Assembly (NCBI GenBank): GCA_040285855.1
Contig: JAUFOQ010000002.1
Location: forward strand, 744,001-808,000
DNA from: Eukaryota sp. GEM-RC1
Taxonomy: Eukaryota
DNA length: 64,000 nucleotides
Direction of reading: 5' to 3'
Below, one piece after another: positions 45,601 through 58,379 of this stretch (positions are counted from its first letter, which is position 1; each line of letters starts with the position of its first letter). The position numbers were made by a program, and so were the translations under genes. The notes under the pieces were generated by a model. It was given only the letters and a program-made list of their open reading frames with translations, made no database searches and was not told the DNA's origin.

Positions 45601-48600
45601 ATTTTTGATCTAACTGTTACTGATTTTGAGCGTGAACTAATTTTTGATCTAGTGTTAACACGTTCCACGTTTGATGTAATTCATAATGCAAATTTTATTA
45701 CATTTCCTAAAGCCATCGTTACTGGTATTTCAACTAAAAATTCTATAGTAACAATTCAGAATTCTGGTATTGGACTTGATTTTGTCTTGTATGAAGGAGA
45801 TTTAACTTGCACTCATTCACGTATTTCTATTGATCTAATTGCTACCAATCATGATGCAAAGGGATTCAAACTGCAGAATTGTAATTATCTTGTTTCAAAA
45901 ATAGGCAATAATTCAAATTTCGAGTCAAATATTGAGGCTGTTCAGTCTTCTGTGATATTTGAATTTGTTTATAACTTTGTCACTGTGGATCAATCCATTA
46001 TTTTGACTGAATCTTCAAACTTAGAAGTTAATGCTAAATGTTTTTCTGTTGATCGTCTTGTATCCTACGACTCCAATGTTTTTCTTACCATTCGAAGTCC
46101 TCTTTGTCGTTTAGAACTTGATGCTGAGATTGTTCGCGGAGGAATTGATATCCATCATAACTCCAGTTTAATCACGTTTCCTATAATTACTATTGATGAC
46201 GTTATAATAACAATCATTAATGATGGCAATGATCCGAATGATGGCGTGGTTTTTGCCGATGATTTCAATTGTTTAAATTCCTCTATATTTATCAATCTAA
46301 TTAATTCAAACTTTAATGCTTCTTCTTTTCTCTATTCTATTGTATCTTTGAAATTTCAGAAATTAGTCACAATGCGTCATTTTTCGGTAACTTTTCCGCC
46401 ATCCATTCATCTCTTCTTCTTCCTAATGTTGGGGATGAGCTGTTTTTCCAAGATCTGGTTCTTTTAAATAATTCCATTTTACTATCCTCTTTGGACAAAA
46501 GTCAATTCCATGGTAGTATTGATCTTTCAAATTCTGTTTTTGACCTGAACGTGAGAAAGATTGCGTCTGATCTTGTTTTCCGATTATTCTCAGTTTCTTC
46601 AGAATTCTTCCTCAATCATTCAAGTAGTTCAATCATTTTTGATTCATTACAGTTTCACGACGAATCTCTTATTGATATTTATAACTCTGTTCATGGTGAT
46701 GACGTGATGGAGTTTGTGGGATCAATGACTTGCTCCGGCTCCAGTTTAATAGCAAATAGAGTGTCGTCAAATTTGATTGGTGATGTCATTATTCTAGATG
46801 ATTGTCATCTCTTTGTTGAGGCAGTTCACAAGGATCTATTAGTTTCCTCGTCTGTTACCGCTACAAACTCTACTATAGAATTTCCTTTTGTTCAGCAAAC
46901 ATCCCGCCTTTTTAATCTAACATTAACAGACTCAGATTTTTCAGCGTCTTCTGGTACTTTTCATCTTTCAGTTGGACTCTTGACTGACTCGGTCTTCAAC
47001 CTTTACAATGTTACCAATAAGGCTTTTTTCTATGATTTGGTCTTTTTTATCAGGTACTTTTGATGTATCTCGATCTCTTGATGTTGTGTTTGCTGGAAAT
47101 TCAGAGCTTTGGAACGGTAGTCTGTCTATTGAATGTTTCAGTTTATCCACTTTATCCGATACATCTCTCTCAATACTTGGAGGTGTAGTTTACTGGAACA
47201 TTTCCTGGGTTTCCTTTCTGGACAATAGTGTTTTTCACTTTTCAAGTGGATATTGGAGTTTGATTACTTTGAATGTCTTTGTTTACCAGTCACACTTTTT
47301 AATTTCAGGGGGATTGGTTCTTGTTGGCGGTCAATCAAAACTGATTGACGAGTTGTTAACAGCTGATCAATCAGTCATTGACGTTTATGGTGTGGAATTC
47401 TCTTCAATTCATGGCCGTGTTTCTTTAATCTCCTCTGTCGAATCTTATGTGTTCCTAACCGACGTCACCATTACTTCATGTAAATCATCTTACTTGATCC
47501 GAACGAAATCAACAATGTTGACAATTCAAAATTCGACAATTTTAAATATTTCCGGTTCTGTTATGAGCTTGGCTACAGCTTCGATCGCTAGTGTTGACAA
47601 TGTTCAATTATTCAATATATCATCATCATTGCCTATATTGGATGTTGATTCATCTCTTGCCAACTTCACAAACTTATCATTATTAAAGATCAAGAGTACC
47701 TCGTCATTTTCTATTTCTTCTAAAAGTAGGGTAATGCTATCACTGATTAAGACTAATGATTCTGTTTTCCTTACTAGTACCATTCGTACTGAATCATCGG
47801 AAGTAGTGGTCAGGAATTGTTCTTATAATCTTGTCAGTTCGAAAAATTTAATATTTGTACAATTATCTGAATTTTTCATGTCCAGAATTACTTTACTAAA
47901 TTCAAAATTTTCAACAATTGGGACTTTTATCTCATCATCAGCAGTTCTGTCTTTCTCGAACTCACTTTTCCAAGATTCCATTGGTGACGTTGCATTTGAC
48001 CTCAGACACAGTACTGTATCCATCAACGACTTAACACTTCTTCCTTCACTTTCCCTGAGTCAATGTGCTTTACTGCTTACATCTTCTATCATTGAACTGA
48101 CTACAGTCACCGCGTTTGACTTGAACACTGTTTTGCTGGTAAGTTCTCGGTCACAACTAATGGTTAGAAATGTTCAAGTAATCAATTATTATTCGCCCGA
48201 GCCCTTGCTTTCATTGGTGAGATCAACTGCTGGTGTTTCCGATATGCTAGTAATCGATTCGTATTCTTCTCTGTTTTCCAGTGTGTTTTCTGATTTATCC
48301 CTTTCTTCATCTTCTTTCTCAAACATATCATCACATGTCGTGTATTCTGGTCAGCATTCTGATCTAAGTGTTGATAGTTGTATGTTTAACCATGGGTTAG
48401 ACTGTGCAATAATAGCCACTGATTCTATTCAAATTGAAATTTTAAATTCCAGTTTTAATAATAATATTGGAAAATGTGGAGGTGGAGTTCGTGTGAACGA
48501 GTTTAACGTTTTACGTATAGGCAATTCCACTTTCTCCTCCAATACTGCTGTTCAAGGTGGGGCTTTGTGTCTGAAGTCGTCGTCAAATCCACTACATTTT

Positions 48601-50743
48601 GAAATATTCGACAATTTATTCACCAACAATTCTGCCAGTGTTTCCGGTGGAGCCATGTTTTTAAACTTTCCCGACGTCTATAACGTTAGTAATAATGAAT
48701 TTATTTCAAATTATGCCACTTTTTGGGGTTCGGAAGTTGCCACCAACCCTCGTCATTTGATTGCCTCTTTTAATGATCCTAACTCGACTGCATACTATCG
48801 TGATTTGATTGTTACAGTTACTGATGGTTACAATCAGTCTGCTCTTTTGACCCTGACGATCACCACGAACTCGTCATCACACCTTCCTCTTCTGAAATTA
48901 TGCTGATCACCAGACCTATCATTTCTAAACCTTTCTTGTTTTATATATATGCTAATATCACCATGAATGGAATTACAGGGGTGTATAACTTACTCATTTC
49001 ACATCCTTTGTACAGAACTTTTGTTCTTCCCTTTACTACCGGAATTTGTCCATTGGGTCATGGCTTTGGAATTGTTGGAGGTTATATCACTGGCTTCTGC
49101 TCACCTTGTCCTCCAGGATCAATGAGTTCCTTCAGGGGGAGATTCGTTGTGTGACCGTTGTCCTTCAGGTACATGGTCAACTAGAGGTTCACATGATTGT
49201 TTCCCTTGTCCTAGAGGAACCTTCAGATACAATGATACATCTCCTTCATGTACAAGATGTCCCTATAACTTTGTTGCAGAATCTGTGGGATCACTTGAAT
49301 GTCGTGAATGTGGTAAGAATCAAATATCAAATCATGGTCGCAATCAATGTGATTGTGTTGCCAATTCCTTTGCAGTGGTCCTAAACAATACTCTTGAGTG
49401 TGTCACGTGTCCAGAAGGTCTTCTTTGCTTCGGAACAGACTCTTGCGTTGCACCTGGGTATTGGAAAGGCGAATCCAATTCTCTTTACAAGTGTTATCAT
49501 CAAGGCTGTTTGGGTGATTGTCAGGACGGTCTAATGCCCTTGACTGATCCGGTCATTGAAGAACGTGGTTGTGATGTCTTACATGAAGGTTCTCTTTGTC
49601 ATGAGTGTGTTGACAACAGTTATTTGATTGGTGGTAAGTGTACGTCTTGTTGGGGTCCTCTAGTCAGTGGTTTTATCCTTGTTTTGTCTGTTTTAATGTT
49701 TTCCTTCTTTGTTTTCATGGTGGTTTCACAAGGAGGAAGAGTGGGATCTTGTCTGATTGTAATTAGATTTATCCAACTAACTGTTTCCCTAGTGGTTATT
49801 TGCTCAATCACTATACATTCTTCTCTTTTGCCTATTTATGGAGCTCTAAGAACAATCTTTCTTGATATTTGGAAACATCTTCCATTGGTCTGCATGAACC
49901 TTGCTGCACGTAACCATCCATTAGAGTTTTATTTATCAGCAATTATATTGGCATTAACTTGTATCTTTATTTGGTTGCTTAAGCCTAGAGATCGTTTCTC
50001 TAAAGTAGAATCAGACCATTGGACACTGGAAGCTGTTTTGATTGTTATTTTGACTCTGACACCATCACTTGCCTTTTCTGGATTGGGAGTGTTCTCGTGC
50101 CGTCCAGTTGATGACGTTTATGTATTAGAAGCTGATTCATCTCCCACAATTATGCAATGTTTTACAAAACAATGGACCACTCTAATGGTTGTTGTTCTTA
50201 TCGTTTTATTGACCATTGGCTTGTTCCTATTCAACGTGTTTCATGTCCATAACAGTAAGCGAAAACGTCAAGGTAAAGTTTCTTTTGCAAAGCTCTTTGG
50301 GTATACTTGCTTCACGAGTGAAATTGGGTTTTTCGGAGGTACAATTGTCATTACAGGATTACTGTGGATGCTCCCCCCAGGTCTCCCCCGGCTAACAATT
50401 GCTTTAATTACTTCCAATGTGTAGTGTGGTATTCGTATGTCGTGTTTTGCCCTTTGTGGACAAACAAATGAATGTTATTGCAATCGTTTCTAATATCATT
50501 GTTCTGATGTTGGTCTTCCATGCTATTACTATTCACTTACAGAGGTATTCCAGACATTTCATTTGGAATTCTGACTCAACTCTTTCTTTTGTTGTGGGAA
50601 TGGTACCGTTAGTTTGGATTCTGATTCTCATGTTGTTTGCTCTTAATGCTTTTTGGAAATCTCCTTTTATTATCAAATCCAATCCTAAAGCTATGCATGT
50701 CTTTAGAACAAATCAGCTTCAAAATCCCCTAGTTCGTTTGTAG
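42650..50743 (+). CDS. Giant (~2,700 aa) surface/receptor-like protein: beta-solenoid ectodomain, Pmp-like repeats, Cys-rich repeats, multi-TM C-terminus (frameshifted)
   Basis: Seven abutting + strand ORFs: signal peptide, FxxN...GGA(L/M) repeats, CxxCPxGT(W/F) repeats, GYW...C...C...GSLCHEC motif and about 7 TM segments. Confidence 0.75.
44590..45953 (+). repeat. Coding tandem repeat, 477-bp (159-aa) unit, ~2.9 copies
   Basis: Units begin TTTAGAGC(T/A)AAAGC at 44590, 45067 and 45544 and are near-identical, with a few substitutions. Confidence 0.97.
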
Positions 50744-51204
50744 CTATTCTGTTTGGGCAATATGCACACATTTTATTTATTTAACGATAGATTTGTTATA
50801 AATTCAATTTGTGTTTAGTTTCTTGAAGTAGAATTGTGAGGTTGACAGTTGTAACTTCCGTTTGAATAAGTACAAATACATTTATTGGATATATTTTGGT
50901 GACAAGTTTTCTTTCCCCTCATTGCCTCGCTGTCACTTTAACACAGCCTCGTATAGAGGAACTCTACAAATGGTGTTGTTCTTAGTGGATGGTGTGGACG
51001 AGAACGTCATCATAGTCTACTTTGGGTGTTTTACTATACAGTGATTAAGGTAACTCCTCTTATCATAACCTTCAAGGCATCATACTGCTCGTGTACTCCA
51101 ATAAGCCTACACACTATTTGACGATTTATGGCCTTCAGGTCTTTTGAAGCATTCTCCATGTCTTTGTGGTTCAAAGGCTTCAAATTTTCATCATTTATAA
51201 GGTA

Positions 51205-51413
51205 CACTGGTCACAATATTTAGTCTCAGTGGAAAATTAGTCTCAGTTCAGAATTAGTCTCACTGAGACTAATTTATGTTTTGCGTCTTTTCGACATTTT
51301 AGAGGCAAATTTCGCTAGATGAAAATTAGTCTCAGTGAGACTAATTTATGAATAGACCATTTTGAAACTAGGTTATGAATTAGTCTCACTGAGACTAATT
51401 GTTGTGACCAGTG
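51205..51413. mobile_element. MITE (209 bp), CACTG/TTAGTCTCA family, TA-flanked
   Basis: TA-CACTGGTCACAATATTTAGTCTCAGTG ... CACTGAGACTAATTGTTGTGACCAGTG-TA; internal palindromes TTAGTCTCA(C/G)TGAGACTAA. Confidence 0.9.
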
Positions 51414-51415
51414 TA

Positions 51416-52053
51416 GTTAACTGACATCAATTTATTCATTTTCGGTCAATTATTCACAACAGTATCCGGGATACATGTTTGGATATGTTTAAGGCTAATG
51501 GTTTTCATGAAAAAATTGAACCTTTACTTGCAAATATTTCTGATCAGCCAAAAGTTGATAGAAGTCGTGGTGATTTGATTGGTCCTTGGTTATCTTGTCA
51601 GGAAATTATCATGGATTTCACGACTGTTGATCCTTGTAATTCCAGATCAATTTCCAAAATTTTTGATGATGATTTTTCTGCTCTTGAAGTGGCTGAAAAA
51701 GGAAAAAATACAAAGTACTGTCACTTAATTAACCAATTGAATGTTGACAGGTACAATTCTTTTGTGTTTCAACCTTTTGCGATGTCGATATACGGTAATA
51801 TTGGACCAGCTGCACAAGGTCCTTTGGTAAATTGTGTTCTGAGTACGGTAAAGTTTTCAATGAAAATTTTTTGTTTAAGTAGGTTAACGTTTGCGTTGTT
51901 TCGTTCAATGCACAGATATTTTAATTCAATTTTAGGTGAGTTGTTCGGTGATGGACAGAAAGATCATATTTTAGATACTTTAGTTAGTGTCTGTTAGTGA
52001 TTTACTTCTGCAAATGCATTTATTTCACTGACTGATCATAAACCCCGTCTTTA
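51416..52053 (+). mobile_element. 5'-truncated CRE-like non-LTR retrotransposon (REL endonuclease remnant; copy B)
   Basis: IHNSIRD, IEP, RGDLI, MDFTTVDP, AEKGKNTKY and FQPFAMSIYGNIG form the restriction-like endonuclease pattern of CRE/R2-group elements. Ends CATAAACCCCG. Confidence 0.8.
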
Positions 52054-52110
52054 TTGTATTGACGAGAAACAGAATCTACGGTTCTTTAAAAATGAATGTT
52101 CTTTTAAGTA

Positions 52111-52661
52111 CAGTCAACTATCGAATAGAGCCCCAATTGACAGGGGCTCTAAATTTGAGCCCTACCGTATAGACCCCGTTTCTGAAAATACATTGTAGCT
52201 TATTATTTGACATATTGATATAAAATTTTAACTAAAATCATGATTTACTATTTCATATTATCTGAATACAAATGAGCGTAAATTCAGCAATGTCTCACAC
52301 CAGCATTTATTTCCCACTCTCTTCAAAGTTGATTTTTGGGTACCTTGAATCAGCTCCATATTGCCCAAAACTCTGTATATAGTCATGCTATTCAACGTCG
52401 GAATTTCGACAGAGAAGGTGTTGGGAAACATCCTGAAGTTGAAGTATTTCTACCCTTGGAATTGATTGAGGAAGATATTGTTGCATAATATTAGTAGATC
52501 AGTCTATTTACTACTAAAATTAGACCGTACATAGTATCATCAACAAAACTACCGAATAGAGCCATATTCGGGAGGGGCTCTAAAATAGAGCACTACTGAA
52601 TAGAGCCCTACCGAATAGAGCCCCTAAATAATTTTTCGGGGCTCTATTCGGTAGTTGACTG
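52111..52661. mobile_element. Tc1/pogo-type MITE (551 bp), TA TSD
   Basis: TA-CAGTCAACTATCGAATAGAGCCCC ... GGGGCTCTATTCGGTAGTTGACTG-TA; subterminal AATAGAGC repeats. Confidence 0.9.
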
Positions 52662-52666
52662 TACTA

Positions 52667-53383
52667 CACAGCCGTTGACAATTAGTCTTGGAGAGACTAG
52701 TTCTTAAGACACTTTCAATCATGTACACATAACAATTAATCTCACCAAGACGAATATATGAGTGAGACTAATTGAACTGTATTTTGATTAATCTCACCAA
52801 GACTAATTCTTGATGATTTAACTTAGTCTTAATCGACTTCAAATTCTATTGACAAAGTTTTATGATAAACAAGTAAAAGAAAACTATTCTATATTTATAA
52901 TATCACCAGCATTGTGTTAGTCAGTAACAATACTGTAGGTAAACGCTGTAATGGGAGGGTGTTTGACCGTCAAAGTTTGAGTGATACTTTCCATTAATTT
53001 CTTGCAGTTGAAGTTATAACTGAGAAATTGGTAGTAGTCCCACATCATGAAGATTTTTAATACGCAACGCATGATGATATTGGTTTTCGGGCAAAAGTGA
53101 CACCAGAAGCATCTTGTCTTGAATTCACATCATCAACAACTTCCTTAGCAATTTCCATCATGTACGTTTGCCTGGATTTTTGCAACAACACTAACAGCAC
53201 AGACTACTTTTTATTGTGTTTTAGTCCCTTAATCTCTTTCAATCTTCACTTAAAACTGCAAAAGAGGAATTAACTTTATCAAAAGTTTTGATCCACTAAA
53301 ACCAGCTAAGCAAAAATAGTCTCACCAAGACTAATATATGAGTGAGACTATTTGTCTAATGAGACTAATTGTCAATGACAGTG
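52667..53383. mobile_element. TA-flanked DNA transposon derivative (717 bp), CACTG/TTAGTCTCA family
   Basis: TA-CACAGCCGTTGACAATTAGTC ... GACTAATTGTCAATGACAGTG-TA; internal direct repeat CTCACCAAGAC(G/T)AATATATGAGTGAGACTA at 52741 and 53321; decayed minus-strand coding remnant. Confidence 0.82.
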
Positions 53384-55013
53384 TAGTACAGTAGTATGTA
53401 TTTTGTGAATTTATAACATAAAATCATTTCTTTACATCATTTTCTTTTACCGGGTGGTGATGAAGTCGTTTGGATTTAATCTTAGTGTTATTTGTTTGAT
53501 TTTACAATTTCATAGTTTTGTAGGAAGGTTACCTTATTGGGTACCGAATAAAGTTTTTCTTTACAGTAATAAACATTAAAGTGTGCAAAATACAATACAT
53601 ACTTATATAAAAACAACACAAACCCCAGCAAAAACCAGACTGCTGGGTTAACATGACAGAGTTAAGAGATTTGCTGTGAGCAGTCGATGAGAATTGAATC
53701 GTTAACAGAGGCAGGAAACCTTTGGACCAGCACAACTTACAATTTTGAGATATATCGAATCCACTTAATCAATCAGTTGTATGACGAATGACAGAAGGAT
53801 CGTATTCTCAAAACAAAGGGTGCTGTACAAGAAACAGTATTTCTAGATAAAGAAACTCTCTTGTTTCACTACTCCGTTTGGAGAAAGGAAGGAGCTTTAG
53901 AACACGAACTAACGGTGTTGTAAATGAATTGTAGCTGAAAGAACACTTTTATTGATTATAAGTAGGAGAATTTTAATTCTTGCATTTTTATGTGCTAGTA
54001 TGAATCAATTGCGGAAAAACCGTGTAAACTTCTTTTTGTTATTTTAAGAGTAATTTTATGTTATAAATTAACGAAATACAAAGAACTAGTACTTAAAAGA
54101 TATTAAATGATCCACTTTGTTATTTTAGTAAATTAAATTTATAAATCTCTAAGTATCTAAAAAAACCTATACATTAGTAATTCTGAGAACTTCTTCCACC
54201 AGTTGAATTACACTGAGAGAATGAAGCTTTAGTGTGATACGACAACGGCCCGGAATTATCAACATATACGCGTCCGCCACGGAATTCACTGTCAGGGAAT
54301 GTGTTTTCATGTGTATAGTTTTTCAAAATTTGATTCAATTTGAAGAAATGTTACGATCTGATTTACACTTGACATACATTTATAGCGAAGTACTACTATG
54401 TACCATAGTACTTAACAAATGTTTTCTATCAACTGTCGAACCAAAATACAATTTGTTCCGTGTGATCAAATATCAAAGAAAAATACTGAAGAAACTATGA
54501 GATTGCACCAAGGTGTTTGATTCAAATCTGAATTATTGTGGAATAAGGAAAGATGTAGTTTGCGACGTCTACAATGCTGCCCAATAACAGAGTAACTATA
54601 TGCTAGGAGAAACGGCCGAATTGTTGAACTTCTTGTTGACTAACAATTTAACAGATAATTGGAAGTCGAAAACCACTACTGCGTATTAGTAGACCGAAGA
54701 CAACAGACAGTCTCACTGAGACCAAAGACGAAGCTCCATTGTCAGATAACCATTAATATTCTACAACATAATTAATTTGCAACAATAGATTGCTAATTCA
54801 GAAAAAGTGAGAAGTTAAATTCTCCACATTATTTTCATACAAAAATTTGTGTCAACACGAGAACTGTCTCTATACAATTTGGAATAAATGGAACTTCGAT
54901 ACTTATGGATGCTTTTGTAAAGTGGAAAAACAATTCGACAAAATCCAGAATTTGTCATGTCTTCTAGTTTGTTTTTTAAAAAAAGATTTTGTCATTTTTT
55001 TTTGATTTTTTTG

Positions 55014-56496
55014 ATGAATCACCTCATCGATTCCTCCCAACTATCTCTAAAAAGAACCCATTAGGCAAAGAGGAGATGTGTTTGTACGTCACGCTGATTG
55101 GTTTTCACAACCTGTTGTCGTTAAGATCTTCAGTACAGCATATCAATGCCAAATCTCTCAACTTGATGAGCAGCTTTCCCGTCTAATGTTCCTCCATCAT
55201 CCCTCAATTCTCCGTGTTTTTGGGTATTCATTCATTGACAACAAGTTTGCAATCGTAACCGAAGTTGCTTCCACTCCGCTAATGACGCCCGATTCAGCTT
55301 CTCGACATTCTATATCTCTTGCTCTAGACATCTGCCATGGACTACTCTTTCTACACTCTAACAACTTCATCCACGGCGCTCTCCGTCCAAGTAACATCCT
55401 TATTGTTGATGGCCACGCTCGCCTCTCTGACTTCAAATTCACCGACTCTTTCATCTCTTCTGATGCTCCTGCTGTGGCTGATGGAAGACTTAAGTACGCT
55501 GCACCAGAAGTATTTAATTCTTCTTCTGACAGTGAATCATCCACTTTTCAGAGTGACGTTTACTCTCTTGGGGTTGTAATTTATGAGCTTTTGACTAATC
55601 GGACTGCTTTCGATGGTTATAGTACTAGACAGTTATTTATTGCTACAAATAAGGCTTCATTGTTGACGTTTCCTGATGAAAATACAGAATTCAAAGATTT
55701 GGTTTCCCGGTGTTTAAGAACTGATCCATTGACTAGACCAAATATTACTGAAATTATTGAATTTTTAAAGAGATTTAAATCTGAGTTCGATAAGGATGAC
55801 GTTCCCACTACTGATGAGGTTTACACCTTAAAATCACAAAATGCAAAGTTTATTAAACAAATTGAAGAGCTAAAAGCTGAACTTAAAAGGATTAGATCTG
55901 CCCCATCACTTCCCACTGAACCTACCTCTTCTGTTAAAGATCCTTTAGTAGATATCAAGAAGACCCATCTCATCTCAAGTTCTTGTCCACTTCCAGAAGT
56001 TTCAGCTGATACGAGCTGTAAAATACAACGAGCAATCATTGATATTCGAAATGGGGCTTCTGAAATCCGACTGCCAAATGATGACGTCACTGATGAAGGT
56101 GTGGTTCTTCTTTCGGAGGAGATTAAAAAATCTACATCGTTGAAAGTGTTAGTTCTTGGTTGTTTTCACAAATCAAGTAATACGATTTCTAAAACAGGAG
56201 CAGAAGCTTTACGGAATGCATTATTAGAAAACAGATCAATTACTGCAATTAATTTAAATTGTAATAATTTGGGCTCGCAAGGGGCAATTGCTTTAGTTAA
56301 AGCTCTAACTGTAGATTCACCTATTACTAGTTTGGAGTTAACTTCAAATAATATTGGAAGCAGAGCAATTGACCAATTGGTGGATTGTTTAAATCATAAT
56401 CCACAGTTATTGAAGCTCGATTTGAGAAAGAATCAAGCTGACCCTAATCGGATGACTCAATATTCTGCTAGATATGGAAGACGTTTACTGATATAG
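55014..56496 (+). CDS. TKL-like pseudokinase fused to RNI-like leucine-rich repeats
   Basis: VVVK, HPSILRVFG, HGALRPSN, LSDFK, YAAPE and SDVYSLG, then a short coil and LRRs (INLNCNNLGSQGA, LELTSNNIG). The extreme N-terminus (ATG 55014, MNHLIDSSQL) is frameshifted. Confidence 0.85.
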
Positions 56497-56616
56497 CAAG
56501 TGATTTTGTAATTTATGAAAAAATATACACTGTAATTAGTTCAAATAATTATTTTGACATATATTAAATCGCAAAATTTTACAGAACAATTGATTATTTA
56601 CAATATTTAGATTTCA

Positions 56617-57527
56617 TCATTTCAAGTCGGCAACAGAATAAAACGCCGCTCCACTCAGTGTAATATATATTCCAAGAGCATTTAAGGAAGAAATTTCAGT
56701 TTTAAACAATACGACAGATGCTATGATTGTAATAATTTGTTTCAAGTTTCCCAACACTGTTAATGTTAATGGTGATGTAACTTTGTTGACGGTAAAATTT
56801 GAAATATTCAGAATAAATGAAATAATTCCTGTAAGGAATATCAGTAACAACGACAACACAACATTAACAGGAGAATTCAATGTGAAGAAATCGCGCAACA
56901 TTGGTAATTCCATGACTACAAAAGGGATCAAAAGATCATCGCCGGGACAGCCATTCTATTTAAGAGAACAATAGGGTGTTGTTGGAGATTTCCAACTAAA
57001 AATCTATGTGACACAACACATTTCAATGAACTAAGAAAGACCCCAAAGATGGCAAAAGTAGAGGCATCAGACTGAACTGAACATCTCCAATGAAGGCTAT
57101 GATCATGCCCAGTAGCATAATGGGTAAGGTGCAGTAAGTGCAGATTGAATGGTTTTGGTTTAATAGTAGGTAGGACAAAAACACAGTGAAAATGGGTGTC
57201 GTGGCTCTAATTGTTTGAGTCATGGCGACACTTATGAGTCCTAAGCTGGTGTTTCCAACAGCAATATTAATGGAGAATAAGAAGGAAAAGAACAAGAAGA
57301 AGATCCATTGTTTCTTCCGAAAGCAACGTTTTTTCAAGGTGATGACGTTTGATGTAGTGTGAAGAGAAACATAAGGAACATAGGAGATGAATAGATGAAA
57401 GTATGCATGGGGCTTGGAAATAATTCAAATTGAAGCACATTTTGTTCAAAATTGTAATTGAGGTATTTGCGATAAGCCATAAACTTGACCATAGAACTTT
57501 CTCACGTTGGATAAGGGCAGAAAACAT
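56617..57527 (-). CDS. Triose-phosphate/nucleotide-sugar transporter family (SLC35E-like), frameshifted
   Basis: ITILNK, GNTSLGLISVAMTQTIRATTP and TSPLTLTVLGNLK across three ORF pieces. Confidence 0.85.
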
Positions 57528-58379
57528 TGAAGTAAGTTGAGATATCCTTGTTCAAGAAACCTATTATGCAAGACAATCAAATAGCGGTTAGATATGAGTG
57601 CAACTATTTGAAATCTTTGATAGTGTTGCATCAAGTGATTGGATTCTTTTGAGGTCACTTACACGTTGAGTGCTTCAAGTAATTAAGACTTTTCTGAAAA
57701 AGGCTGAATGAGTTGAACGACTTGTTCATCATATTCAACATACAAAACCTTTCAATAGAGCAACAGTTATTAACATTTTGTCATCGATTTTGCAAGGACC
57801 CAATATAGAACAATGAAAAATATACACAAATTTCCAAATACTAACTGTGCTTATAAAAAGTCAATTATTTATCTTAAATGAAGTGATGAGAGTTCTTCGA
57901 AAGAATCAGTGAAGACAACTTTAAAATCATACAGCATATCTGTAATTACTAACTGCAGTTTAGGACATGTATAGTCATGTTCATTTTATAACCTTGTTGG
58001 AATGACTGTTGTGAAGTCATAACAGTGATCGGATTAGTGTAGTCCGTAACCCTGGTTCTACATCAAATCAAATGGTTTGAATGGTGAATAGAATCACAAT
58101 AAATTATGATAGTTTCTTCGTTTGGTACAACAGTTTCCTAATGAAATACATTTTACATGTTTTTCAGTGTTTTCTATAGACTTCTTGGGAATTCAAGAAC
58201 GAAAAGCATATTACACGTTTATAACTAATACAGACGTATCCAGATAAAAAATATATTTAAATCTAATGTAGAAAATTGTCAAATTTAAAAAATAAAACAC
58301 ATTTATAACTGCCAAATTAAGAGTTTCACATTAATATATACATGTACATCAAAAATAAACAAATAAATAAATCTACTCC

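Noticed and set aside
374..57527. Widespread programmed ribosomal frameshifting (for example CCC-TGA at 15159-64 and CCT-TGA at 16146-51)
   Set aside because: The shifts I traced are a mix of +1 and -1, sit mostly in homopolymer runs and share no motif, which fits long-read consensus errors better. Short-read polishing would settle it.
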